Part shown: positions 53,869-64,000 of the stretch, in pieces | Numbering within the stretch: the stretch's first letter is position 1 | Layout of the letters: the number at the start of each line of letters is the position of its first letter | Assembly (NCBI GenBank): GCA_950097015.1 | Contig: CATNEN010000039.1 | Span: 2,914,001 to 2,978,000, forward strand | Source: Macrostomum hystrix | Taxonomy: Eukaryota; Animalia; Platyhelminthes | Reading direction: 5' to 3' | DNA length: 64,000 bases | Notes under the pieces: generated by a model | Databases searched by the model: none | Told to the model about the DNA's origin: nothing | What the model saw: the letters and a program-made list of their open reading frames with translations, nothing else | Translations under genes and position numbers: made by a program

Positions 53869-54910
53869 TGTTGATCGTTGGGAAGGCAGGGTTTGGCCTG
53901 GCAGTTAAATGTGTGTTTCCTCTGCTCTCAGCCCTCGTCTCTGATTGGCTAGTTCAGAATGCACATTGTGAATGTACATTGTGCGGAGTGCACGCTGGAC
54001 AATTAAATTAGCAGGTCAATTGTTGTGAAATCGATTGCTCAGACAATTAGCTTGTTTTGCTAACCCTTGAACATTCGCGAGAAAGATCACTCGTGCATGT
54101 GTCCCTGACTTTCTTGGCTATTTTGTTTAAACATAAATTACGGTTCAGTGGAGCCCAGACCATTTCAACAAATTCCTCGTAGTTTTCTTGACAAAGAACT
54201 GCATGAAAGACTGCGATTCAGGAAGACCTTTTATGTCTATTTATGCTTTTACAGAATTGTAACATGTAATAGCTGGGATAAATAAATGTTATTTAAAGTG
54301 ACACAGGCAACAGGAAAAAAGAATGAAACTCAAAGTCGGAAGGCAAAAAATCTGAATGTACTTTGAAATGTTCACAACAAGGAAAGTAATAGTTGTAATA
54401 GTTGTACATTCTCATTGTACATTTAGTTGAGGCCGGTATGGGCTTAAAGTTAAACAGACAAAAAAGTTTTGGTAAGTTCAAAGCGAATGCAAACGAAGAT
54501 AAATCAAGAGAAAACAAGATATTAAAGTAATGATGTGGAGTGTACTTCGGAATCGAGTGGGGTTGTGAGCCAGCCTAATTTTTCCAATTTTTAGCAAGTC
54601 AATAATCGCGACCCACATAGCAGCTGGCCGCAGAACACCATCATTAATCTTAGGGCCAGACATTGGGCGGAGGTGAATTAAGTAGCCGCCGATTCCCTTT
54701 GTCTCGGATCTGTCTAGTCCCCTGTAGGAGTGACTGATCGCGGAAATAGCAATACTGTATGGACTAGTTTAGGTTATAATTCCCCTCCAAACCGCGATCA
54801 GATCGTCGGGATCACTCATGCGTTTAGAGTGAGCTTTAATTCTTCATGTCCCTCTTCTTTACTGTAACCCGAGCCGAAGCTCGATTATGACCTTTCCCCC
54901 TTTAGATACA

Positions 54911-55695
54911 TGTAACGACACTATAGGCAGGTCGGCGCCTGCGCTTCCCATATCCCGGCGGGATCACAATCATTGGCCGACTGCCGGCAGACGCTCCTAG
55001 TGGGGCATCTGGCGATTCTCGCCGCCGCTTCAGTGGGCAATTGGGGTGGCATAATGCCGACCCGATTCCTCGCTGACAGGCTGGCGAGCATGTGGGTTAT
55101 TTTGATGAATGCGAGGTTGGCGGAGCTGCAGGACTATTTAAGAGAGCGCGCTGCGCTGCCCCTAGGACAACCTTGCGCCGAACCTTCCCTCCACCCTGGA
55201 CTAAAACCTACCCCCTTCCCTTGTCCGGTCCCGGAACTCGGTCCGTGGACTCTCCCCCTTACTAGATAGCACTTAGTCCCTGAGCCTAAGGCTCCAGATC
55301 ATAGCAGCAGGCAACTACCTGCTAGTGCCCTTAAGCGCAAGCCACCTCCTTGGGTGCGCTCCAAATTGAGCCTTGAGCTCCCTGCAGTCTGGCCCCTTGC
55401 CAACTGTACTCAGCAATCCCTCACCTTTCCTCCCGTTCATTTGCATTCCCCCGCGAGATCGACGACCTGCAGCCTGTCAACCAGCGTAGTCAGATAAGTA
55501 ACCCGCGCAGCGGACTGTTATTGCTATCCCTAAGGGATTTACTATTTAGCTAGTGGGTAAAAGGGCAAGGGCAGGGATTTGATTTAGCCTAATAAAACTA
55601 TTAATTCACAACTTATCTAATTTATTGGGCAATTTAATAACAACTTAAATCCTTTTTACTATGCATTCCACTTTCTCTTATTTTATCGTTAGACA
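54911..55695 (+). mobile_element. Possible degenerate solo LTR
   Basis: Starts TGTAACGA, TATTTAAG near 55135, AATAAA at 55591, ends TCGTTAGACA (imperfect inverse). No clean TSD and no second copy. Confidence 0.25.
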
Positions 55696-56924
55696 GCCCT
55701 CGATCATGAGTGGCTAACTTATTAGGGGGGTGGGCTCTGGTGATGCCCAGCTGAAAGCTGCGGCAGGAGGATAACTGTGAGCGCGCATGGAAGTAATAAG
55801 GAGCTAGGGATTTGCGAGTAATATGCGGAGCGTAGCATGTGTTTCTCTGCTAGGGGTGGGGGAATTCCTTGGCGGGTTTTTCCTCTCTTTCTGGCAGATC
55901 AAGGAGTGCGTGTCAACCTCCCTTGTCAATGAATGTTTCCCTTCTGTTCCCCGCCTCTCGCTGCCGCCGCCATGGGAGCGAGGGGTGTGATCTAATAATT
56001 TCCTGCTTGCATAATCACTCAGCCAGTGTTCTGCTCAATCTCTCCTGCCTCTGATTTCCTCATCTCACACAGATTCGGATTTGCTAGTTATTTAATGTGT
56101 AGGCTGCAATCTAATGTACGGAATGTGTCCAATGTCTCATGAGTAGGATTCTGGCTATGGATTTCTCATTCGGGTTCGGAGTACCACCTTTCTAGACCAC
56201 TGTAGCGCAGTTTCAGGAATCCCCTTGTGAGGCGTGACTCGATCCATTCTGGGGTTCTCACCCTAGTCTAAAACGGAAGTTACAGAATGCTCTATTTTTT
56301 TCGGCTTGTCTAAGATCTGTGTGACAAACTGGGAGCTGCGAGCTCCGGGGACCCAAGTTCCCAAATGTCTGCGGTGGCGACGCAGGCGCATTGGGTGGTG
56401 GCGCTACCTTCGATCATTATCCGCTTTGCCGATAGCCTTTCCGCATTTCTAAGACAAGAGCCTAGGCCGAGTCGACCACTGCTACCAAAGTTAGGAGTCA
56501 GTTACGAACATGCTACTGATGACAGTAGGCTATCTAGCCCTGTCCTATTCGCTTGCGGGTAGTCCGACATCTATTTAGACTTTTAGCCGGTTTCGGGCAC
56601 TGCTTGGGGTGGGCACGGCAGTCATGCCTGTGGCCTATGGGTTGGGTGGGACTGGCCAGCCTGAGGCCAATAGGACCACTCACTTGCATCCTTTGTACCG
56701 CCTCATCTCTCCCTTCATCTCTCCCTTCATCCCTCCCTTCGTCATCCCTCTCTGCGACAACTCGCGGCAGCAGCGATCGACCTCCGACTCTATCGTCGTT
56801 TTTCCACACTCCTATCTTTCATGAGGGCGGTCATCGGCTAGCAAAAGACCCGCACTATTTCAGTAAATTGATTGATCTAATAGTTATGAAGGTTATGGGT
56901 TCCTTTATGAACACTTTAAGGGTT

Positions 56925-57583
56925 CCGATGGGATGGTTTGGGTTCCGAAGGGTTTTTTGGGTTCCGAAGGGGTTTTTTGGATTCCGAAGGGGTTTTTTGG
57001 GTTCCGAAGGGGTTCTTTGGGTTCCGAATGGGTTCTTTGGTTTCCGAATCGGTTCTTGAAGATCCATATGGGTTCTTTGGGTTCCGAATGGGTTCTTTGG
57101 GTTCAGAATGGGTTCTTTGGGTTCCAAACGGATTCTTTTGGGTTCCGAAGGGGTTTTTTCGGTTCCGAAGGGGTTGTTTGGATTCCGAATGGGTTCTTTG
57201 GGTTCCGAAGGGGTTCTTTGGATTCCGAAGGGTTCTTTGGGATCCGAAGGGGTTCTTTTGGGTTCCGAAGGGGTTTTTTCGGTTCCGAAGGGGTTGTTTG
57301 GATTCCGAATGGGTTCTTTGGGTTCCGAAGGGGTTGTTTGGATTCCGAATGGGTTCTTTGGGTTCCGAAGGGGTTTTTTGGGTTCCGAAGGGGTTTTTTG
57401 GGTTCCGAAGGGGTTCTTTGGGTTCCGAATGGGTTCTTTGGGTTCCGAATCGGTTCTTGAAGATCCATATGGGTTCTTTGGATTCCGAAGGGTTCTTTGG
57501 GATCCGAAGGGGTTCTTTTGGGTTCCGAAGGGGTTTTTTCGGTTCCGAAGGGGTTGTTTGGATTCCGAATGGGTTCTTTGGGT
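56925..57583. repeat. 20-bp minisatellite (GGGTTCTTTGGGTTCCGAAG), left of the LINE
   Basis: Higher-order variant pattern that continues at 59856. Confidence 0.95.
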
Positions 57584-59855
57584 AGAACTTCCCAAAGAAC
57601 TTGTCAACTTCCGAATGCCTTCTTACTGTAGAGCTAGGGCGGGCCCCGCTCTCCCCAAACCAGCACGCCTTTCGGGCGGGCCGGTCCACGGAGAGCGCCC
57701 TCCACTGCATTGTGGAGACTCTCGAGAAGGCAGTGCTGGGCAGCGGTTTTGCCCTGGCTGTTTTCCTTGATATTGAGGGGGCCTTCGATAACGTTATTTT
57801 CGAAGCCTTTGAGAAGGCCCTGGTTTCCAGGGCCACTCACCCCCACCTCGTCCGCTGGGTCATGTACATGATCCGGAATCGCCACGTGGTGGCCCACCTC
57901 GAAGGCAGGGTGCTCTCGGCACCTGTCCTAGAAGGAGGGCCCCAAGGCGGCGTCCTCACCCCACTGCTGTGGAATCTCGTCATGGATGAGCTGCTAAAAA
58001 GCACTCGGCCTGACCCAGTCCTGAAGGTGGGATATGCAGACGATGTGACCGCCATCTGCGCGGGCCCCTCGGCGGAAACCACCAGGGACCTCATTCAGGG
58101 CTTTATCAACAGGGCGGTGCGCTGGGCGGACCAATGCGGGCTCCGACTCTCTGAGTCCAAGACCGTTGCGGTTATGTTTACCAGCAGACTGCGCTGGACC
58201 ATTGAGCCTCTGACTCTCTATGGCAAGAATATTGCCATGGAAAAGCAGGTCCGGTGCCTTGGTCTCCTGCTAGACCATAGGCTTAACTGGACCCCGCACA
58301 TCACCACAAAGGCCAAGAGGGCCCTGGCCATTCTGGCGCAAGTCAGGCGAGCCGTGGGCACCACTTGGGGGCTAACCCCCAAAAACCTTTGGTGGATTTA
58401 CACGGCGATCATTAGACCGTCAGTCGCTTACGCTGGCCTCATCTGGGCCAGTGCCATGAGCATCCAGAAAAACCTGGAGGCGCTATATAGGGTGCAGGGC
58501 AGAGCCTGTCGTATGACGCTGGGCGCCCCACCCTCCACTCCCTTTGAAGGCATGAACGCTTTCCTCAACGCTACACCCATTGACATTTTTGTTAAGGGGG
58601 AAGCGGCAAAGTCCACCCGTCGTCTCCTTGATGCGGGTGTATCCTTCCAGAATTCGCGAGCCTTCTCGAAGCGCTCCCTTCTGCCTCACTCTGACCTCTG
58701 CCTGAAAACTCTGGGCGAGTGCGGAGGGCTCACCATCCTTTCGGACGGGGCCCCGGCCACTTTACTCCGGAGCCACAGGTACAAAGTCAGCATCTTCCCT
58801 CACAATGAGGTAAAGGACTGCTGGGATGACCCCGCAGTCCATTGTTACACTGACGGCTCCCTGATGAACGGTAAATCGGGATTCGGGGTGTGCGTCGCCT
58901 CGGGTGGCGAGGTCCTCTGGACCCACTCCCAATACTGTGGCAAGAGCTCAAGCGTTTTCCAAAACGAAGTGCTCGCCATCAGTTTCTGTGCGGCTGAGCT
59001 GCGCCAGAGGCAGCTGGCTGGTCGGAGGATCTTTTTTCACTCCGACAGTCAAGCAGCCCTCAAGGCCCTCAGTCGCTGCACCTCTCGCTCCAGAACCACC
59101 TTGGACTGCAACACCCAGTTAAACGGTTTGGCGCAGTCTAACAAGGTGGAGCTGATGTGGATCCCTGGGCACGCCGGGCTCACAGGGAATGAGATGGCGG
59201 ACCAGCTTGCAAAGGCTGGAGCAGCCAGCTCCCTGATGGGCCCGGGCCCGGAATCCCCGATCCCCATCTCCGTTGTCAACTCCAGCATCAACCACTGGAT
59301 GGAGACCCAGCACCGGAGGAGGTGGTCTAGCACCCTGAACTGTCGCCAGTCCAGGGCTGCGGTGCCAACCCCCTCTAGCAACCCTGCGTAAGGCCTTACT
59401 CAGGCTAAACCGCAGAGACCTGAGAGCAGTCACCATGGCCCTTTCGGGACATGGCTGCTTCACCAGACACCGCTACCTCCAAGGCCACGTGCCTGAGGAA
59501 ACGTGTCCCTTCTGCTGCTCCGGCCGTGAAAACGCCGAGCATTTCATCTGCCACTGCCCGGCTTTCACCCGGGCTAGGCTAAAGCACCTCGGGCCGGCAC
59601 CGACTCTTGCCGAAGCCTGCTCGCCCGAGAACATCCCACAGCTCGCCCACTTCCTCCGGGATACCGGCCGAGCTGATTTCTTCCCAGCCTATGGCGAGGA
59701 AGATCGCGCGGCGGAACCGACCGACGGACCACCCTGAGCGGCACCGCCTCGCTGGAGGCCGTCTGGCTGCCAGGGGTTAGCGATATGGGCGGCACCAGCC
59801 GCCTCCTCGCTGCGTCCGTCATGGAGGCCCCCTGCCGCTAAGTCAAGTAAGTCAA
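57584..59855 (+). mobile_element. 5'-truncated non-LTR retrotransposon (LOA/R1-group: RT + RNase H + Zn knuckle)
   Basis: QHAFRAGRST, FLDIEGAFD, GGPQGGVLTPLLW, GYADD; RNase H YTDGS..FQNE..SDSQAAL..WIPGH..GNEMADQLAK; CPFC..H...C. Tail TAAGTCAAGTAAGTCAA. TSD GGGTTCTTTGGGT at 57571-57583 and 59856-59868. One frameshift near 59383. Confidence 0.93.
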
Positions 59856-60192
59856 GGGTTCTTTGGGTTCCGAAGGGGTTGTTTGGATTCCGAATGGGTT
59901 CTTTGGGTTCCGAAGGGGTTTTTTGGGTTCCGAAGGGTTTTTTTGGGTTCCGAAGGGGTTCTTTGGGTTCCGAATGGGTTCTTTGGGTTCCGAATCGGTT
60001 CTTGAAGATCCATATGGGTTCTTTGGGTTCCGAATGGGTTCTTTGGATTCCGAAGGGTTCTTTGGGATCCGAAGGGGTTCTTTTGGGTTCCGAAGGGGTT
60101 TTTTCGGTTCCGAAGGGGTTGTTTGGATTCCGAATGGGTTCTTTTGGTTCCGAAGGGGTTGTTTGATTCCGATGGGATTTTTAGGGTTCCGA
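59856..60192. repeat. Right part of the 20-bp GGGTTCTTTGGGTTCCGAAG minisatellite
   Basis: Same units and variant order as 57311-57570. Confidence 0.95.
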
Positions 60193-60320
60193 AAATCTGA
60201 TCTGATGGAGTTATCTGGGTCCTGCTGAATAATGTTGGCATAAAAGTGAGCAAAATTAAATTCTATTCTCCGGGCGGCAATGAGGATAAAACTCAGGAAA
60301 GTCCACAGACAGCAAGACTG

Positions 60321-63300
60321 CTAAGTCCTGCTGCTCCCGCTGTCCGATTTCAAAGCGCAGAGGCCGTCCAGATGCAGCCGCTTCCACAGTGTGCTGAGGT
60401 CGGAGGGAGTCTTGTAGCCGTGGGATGCCACCAGCCGCATCAGGGTGGGCATGTCGGTGGAGTTGGACAGCACGGGCTCGTAGGCGTGCACGGTCTCCAT
60501 GTGCAGCGGAGACAGCAGCAGCTTGTGCGCCACCAAGCCGATGAAAATGTCGTCGAAGCGAAGGTACCTGGTGTACTTCATGGCCAGGGAGATGTCCTCC
60601 AGCACCTGCAAGTAGAATGCGATCCTTCTCGTCATCACTTTTCTGCTCACAACCTTAAACTATCTCTTCCGGATTTTCTCAAGTGTCCCCACCTGTCTCA
60701 AGTGTCCCCACCTGTCTCAAGTGTTCCCACCTGTCTCAAGTCTCCCCACCTGTCTCAAGTGTTCCCACCTGTCTCAAGTCTCCCCACCTGTCTCAAGTGT
60801 TCCCACCTGTCTCAAGTCTCCCCACCTGTCTCAAGTCTCCCCACCTGTCTCAGGTGTCCCAACCTGTCTCAGGTGTCCCAACCTGTCTCAGGTGTCCCAA
60901 CCTGTCTCAAGTGTCCCCACCTGTCTCAAGTCTCCAAACCTGTCTCAAGTCTCCAAACCTGTCTCAAGTCTCCAAACCTGTCTCAAGTCCTCCCCACCTG
61001 TCTTAAGTATCCCCACCTGTCTCAAGTCTCCCACCTGTCTCAGGTGTCCCAACCTGTCTCAGGTGTCCCAACCTGTCTCAAGTGTCCCCACCTGTCTCAA
61101 GTATTCCCACCTGTCTCAAGTATCCCCACCTGTCTCAAGTCTCCCACCTGTCTCAGGTGTCCCAACCTGTCTCAGGTGTCCCAACCTGTCTCAAGTGTCC
61201 CCACCTGTCTCAAGTGTCCCCACCTGTCTCAAGTGTTCCCCACCTGTCTTAAGTATCCCCACCTGTCTCAAGTCTCCCACCTGTCTCAGGTGTCCCAACC
61301 TGTCTCAGGTGTCCCAACCTGTCTCAAGTGTCCCCACCTGTCTCAAGTATTCCCACCTGTCTCAAGTATCCCCACCTGTCTCAAGTCTCCCACCTGTCTC
61401 AGGTGTCCCAACCTGTCTCAGGTGTCCCAACCTGTCTCAAGTGTCCCCACCTGTCTCAAGTCTCCCCACCTGTCTCAAGTGTTCCCACCTGTCTCAAGTC
61501 TCCCCACCTGTCTCAAGTCTCCCCACCTGTCTCAGGTGTCCCAACCTGTCTCAGGTGTCCCAACCTGTCTCAGGTGTCCCAACCTGTCTCAAGTGTCCCC
61601 ACCTGTCTCAAGTCTCCAAACCTGTCTCAAGTCCTCCCCACCTGTCTTAAGTATCCCCACCTGTCTCAAGTCTCCCACCTGTCTCAGGTGTCCCAACCTG
61701 TCTCAGGTGTCCCAACCTGTCTCAAGTGTCCCCACCTGTCTCAAGTATTCCCACCTGTCTCAAGTATCCCCACCTGTCTCAAGTCTCCCACCTGTCTCAG
61801 GTGTCCCAACCTGTCTCAGGTGTCCCAACCTGTCTCAGGTGTCCCAACCTGTCTCAAGTGTCCCCACCTGTCTCAAGTGTCCCCACCTGTCTCAAGTGTC
61901 CCACCTGTCTCAAGTATTCCCACCTGTCTCAAGTGTCCCCACCTGTCTCAAGTGTCCCCACCTGTCTCAAGTATCCAAAGTCCCTATGCGTGTCCCAAAT
62001 CCCTCCCCACAGATGCAGACAGTCGCAGCCTACGCACTGGTCGCGACATGAACATGGCCCCAGCCGCCACGTAGGGCGGGTAGGCCTCCCACTTGTATTC
62101 AGAGATGGAGATGTCCCACTTGCTGCGATGCTGCCTGGTCCTGCGTCTGGGCAGCGAGGTGCGCCAAACGTAGCCACCTAGGAACCGGGCGAACACGGCA
62201 GCGCTGATGGAGTCCAGCTGGCGCTCCACCTGAGTTTCAACGGGTTCGGAGAAGCAAATTTACGAGCTGGTGCACTCGGCTGCCAGATTATTTGATTGCA
62301 ACAAAATTTTACCCCTAGCAACTAAGCTACTGTCATAGCAACCAAGCTACTACCATAGCAACCAAGCTACTGTCATAGCAACCAAGCTACTACCATAGCA
62401 ACCAAGCTACTGTCATAGCAACCAAGCTACTACCATAGCAACCAAGCTACTGTGACAGTAGCCAAGCCACTGTCACCCTGTTGGCCACTAGCAACCAAGC
62501 TATTGTCATGACAACCAAGCTACTGTCATAGTATCCAGGCCACTGTCACCCTGTTGGCCCCTAGCAACCAAGCTACTGTCATAGAAACTAAGCTACTGTC
62601 CTAGAAACCAAGCTACTGTCATGGCAACCAAGCTACTGTTATAGAAACCAAGCTACTGTCATGGCAACCAAGCTACTGTCATAGAAACCAAGTTAGTGTC
62701 ACTAGTTGGCCCCTAGCAACCAAGCTACTGTTTCCTACTCAGCAGAGTAGTTGCGAACCTGATAAGGATTTACGAAAAAATCATCGTCCACAAATGCAGT
62801 GAAGCGAGCCGAGGGACACTCCGCCTCAGACCACTGGATTCCGGACATCAGCTTCAGCGTGTTGTTGAAGTAGTGATCAACAAACTCGCGCACCAGCAGG
62901 TCGCGGTGTAGTTTATCCTCCTGGGCCAGGGCGCGGCGCCAGTTGCGCACCCGGCGAATAACCTGACGGCCGCGGCGCACCCCGTAGGCCGCATCGGCAC
63001 CGAGCAGGAAGTACACTCGCAAATGTCGCTGCCAGCACTCCGGCCTGGCCCAAGTTCTCCGGATCGCGTCCCGATTGGCCACATTGGCCGGGTGCGACTT
63101 CACCAGCAGCAGCAGCTGCGGCTCGGAGTCGTTGCAGCCGCCGGCGTGCCGGATCAGCCAGGGGTAGTCCAGCTGGTTGATGGGGCTGACGGAGACTGAC
63201 TGACCGGAGCGGAGCCGCGCCAGCAGCTCAGGCATGTCGACGCTGAGCGGATAGCGGAAGTCCTGACTGCCGTAGCCATTCAACCGACCGGTTTCGGTCA

Positions 63301-63766
63301 GGACTTCCAACGGGAGGCGGCCGACGTCGCTCCTGCCGCCCGGAGACTCTTCGAACGCGCTCTCTTCAATGAAGACATCGTTAACGGACTTCCGTTCGTA
63401 GAGTACTTCGCCGTCGCCGCTGCCAGGCCCCTTGCCACTCTCGGCGCGAACCGAGGCCACACCGGCCGAAGCCGCATTTCGATTGTCGCTGTCATCATCG
63501 GAGGCCATCAAGCCGGCGGTTTCCGCCGCCGCAGCCGCCGCCTCCGCCGCCGTGTCCTTCATGCGGAACAACATGACCCGTTGGCCGCCGCGGAGGGAGC
63601 CGCTGCTGCCGCGGACAACGATGGCCAGAATGAAGATGAAGCAGAGGACGTACACAAAAGTGCAGGTGAAGATGCACAGCAGGCAGTCGGGACTTTTCAA
63701 CCGATTCGAGAGCCGGCCCCAGACGGCTGAGCAGACGCGGGCAGCTCGCCGGGATTTGCGCCACAT
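60321..63766 (-). CDS. GT31 beta-1,3-glycosyltransferase (brainiac/B3GALT-like), 3 exons, ~494 aa
   Basis: Exons 63766-62759, 62229-62038, 60605-60321 (phase 0, GT-AG). Type II TM anchor; VKS..RDAIRRTW, FVDHYFNNTLK, FVDDDFFVNP, YPPYVAAGAMFMS, RFDDIFIG. Confidence 0.9.
60678..61975. repeat. 18-19-bp minisatellite (CCTGTCTCAAGTGTCCCCA), GT31 intron 2
   Basis: Tandem variant units. Confidence 0.96.
62315..62730. repeat. 20-bp minisatellite (TAGCAACCAAGCTACTGTCA), GT31 intron 1
   Basis: Tandem variant units. Confidence 0.92.
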
Positions 63767-64000
63767 TCCGAGCTGCAAATCCTTAACAGTCTGCCGCTGA
63801 TTTTCCCGCGACCGTCCAGTAAGTCGCAGTTGCTGCGGATGGCAAGTCACGTGACTGCATGCGTATTTCAGGCAGGACTGCTGGGTCTTTGAGTATGTTA
63901 GCAACCGGGAACGACATCCCCACCCGAATTCGGTCTCAAGGGCTACGAGTATTTTCTGAGCGTTTGGTGCTTGGAGTCTGCTCCCGGTTATAGGGGCCGG

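Noticed and set aside
56925-60192. Telomeric repeat or telomere-targeting element
   Set aside because: The unit is 20 bp, not TTAGGG-type, and it is flanked by ordinary genes.

Overview
Eukaryotic (invertebrate animal) genomic DNA, not prokaryotic. GC/CpG-rich exons, GT-AG introns and a very high minisatellite load resemble a flatworm such as Macrostomum, but the organism is inferred only. Six host genes: a 4-exon AGC Ser/Thr kinase (+), a 7-exon PFKFB (+), a RASSF9/10-like gene (-), a DEG/ENaC channel with an intronless CDS (+), an orphan type-I membrane protein (-) and a 3-exon brainiac-like GT31 glycosyltransferase (-). Mobile DNA: (i) a 4.76-kb non-autonomous Polinton/Maverick-like element (AGTAGT ends, ~300-bp TIRs, 6-bp TSD, probable pPolB remnant) containing a fold-back Tc1/IS630 derivative and an intron-containing Crypton tyrosine-recombinase pseudogene; (ii) a 5'-truncated LOA-like RT+RNase H LINE inserted in a minisatellite; (iii) two tRNA-derived SINE families. 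About 20 minisatellite arrays produce most of the long ORFs in the track, which are artefacts. Top finding: the single intron of the RASSF-like gene is an antisense SINE flanked by an 11-bp TSD containing CAG|GT. One TSD copy supplies the donor and the other the acceptor, so splicing would exactly restore an ancestral uninterrupted ORF. This looks like intron gain by SINE retroposition; it has not been checked against transcripts.
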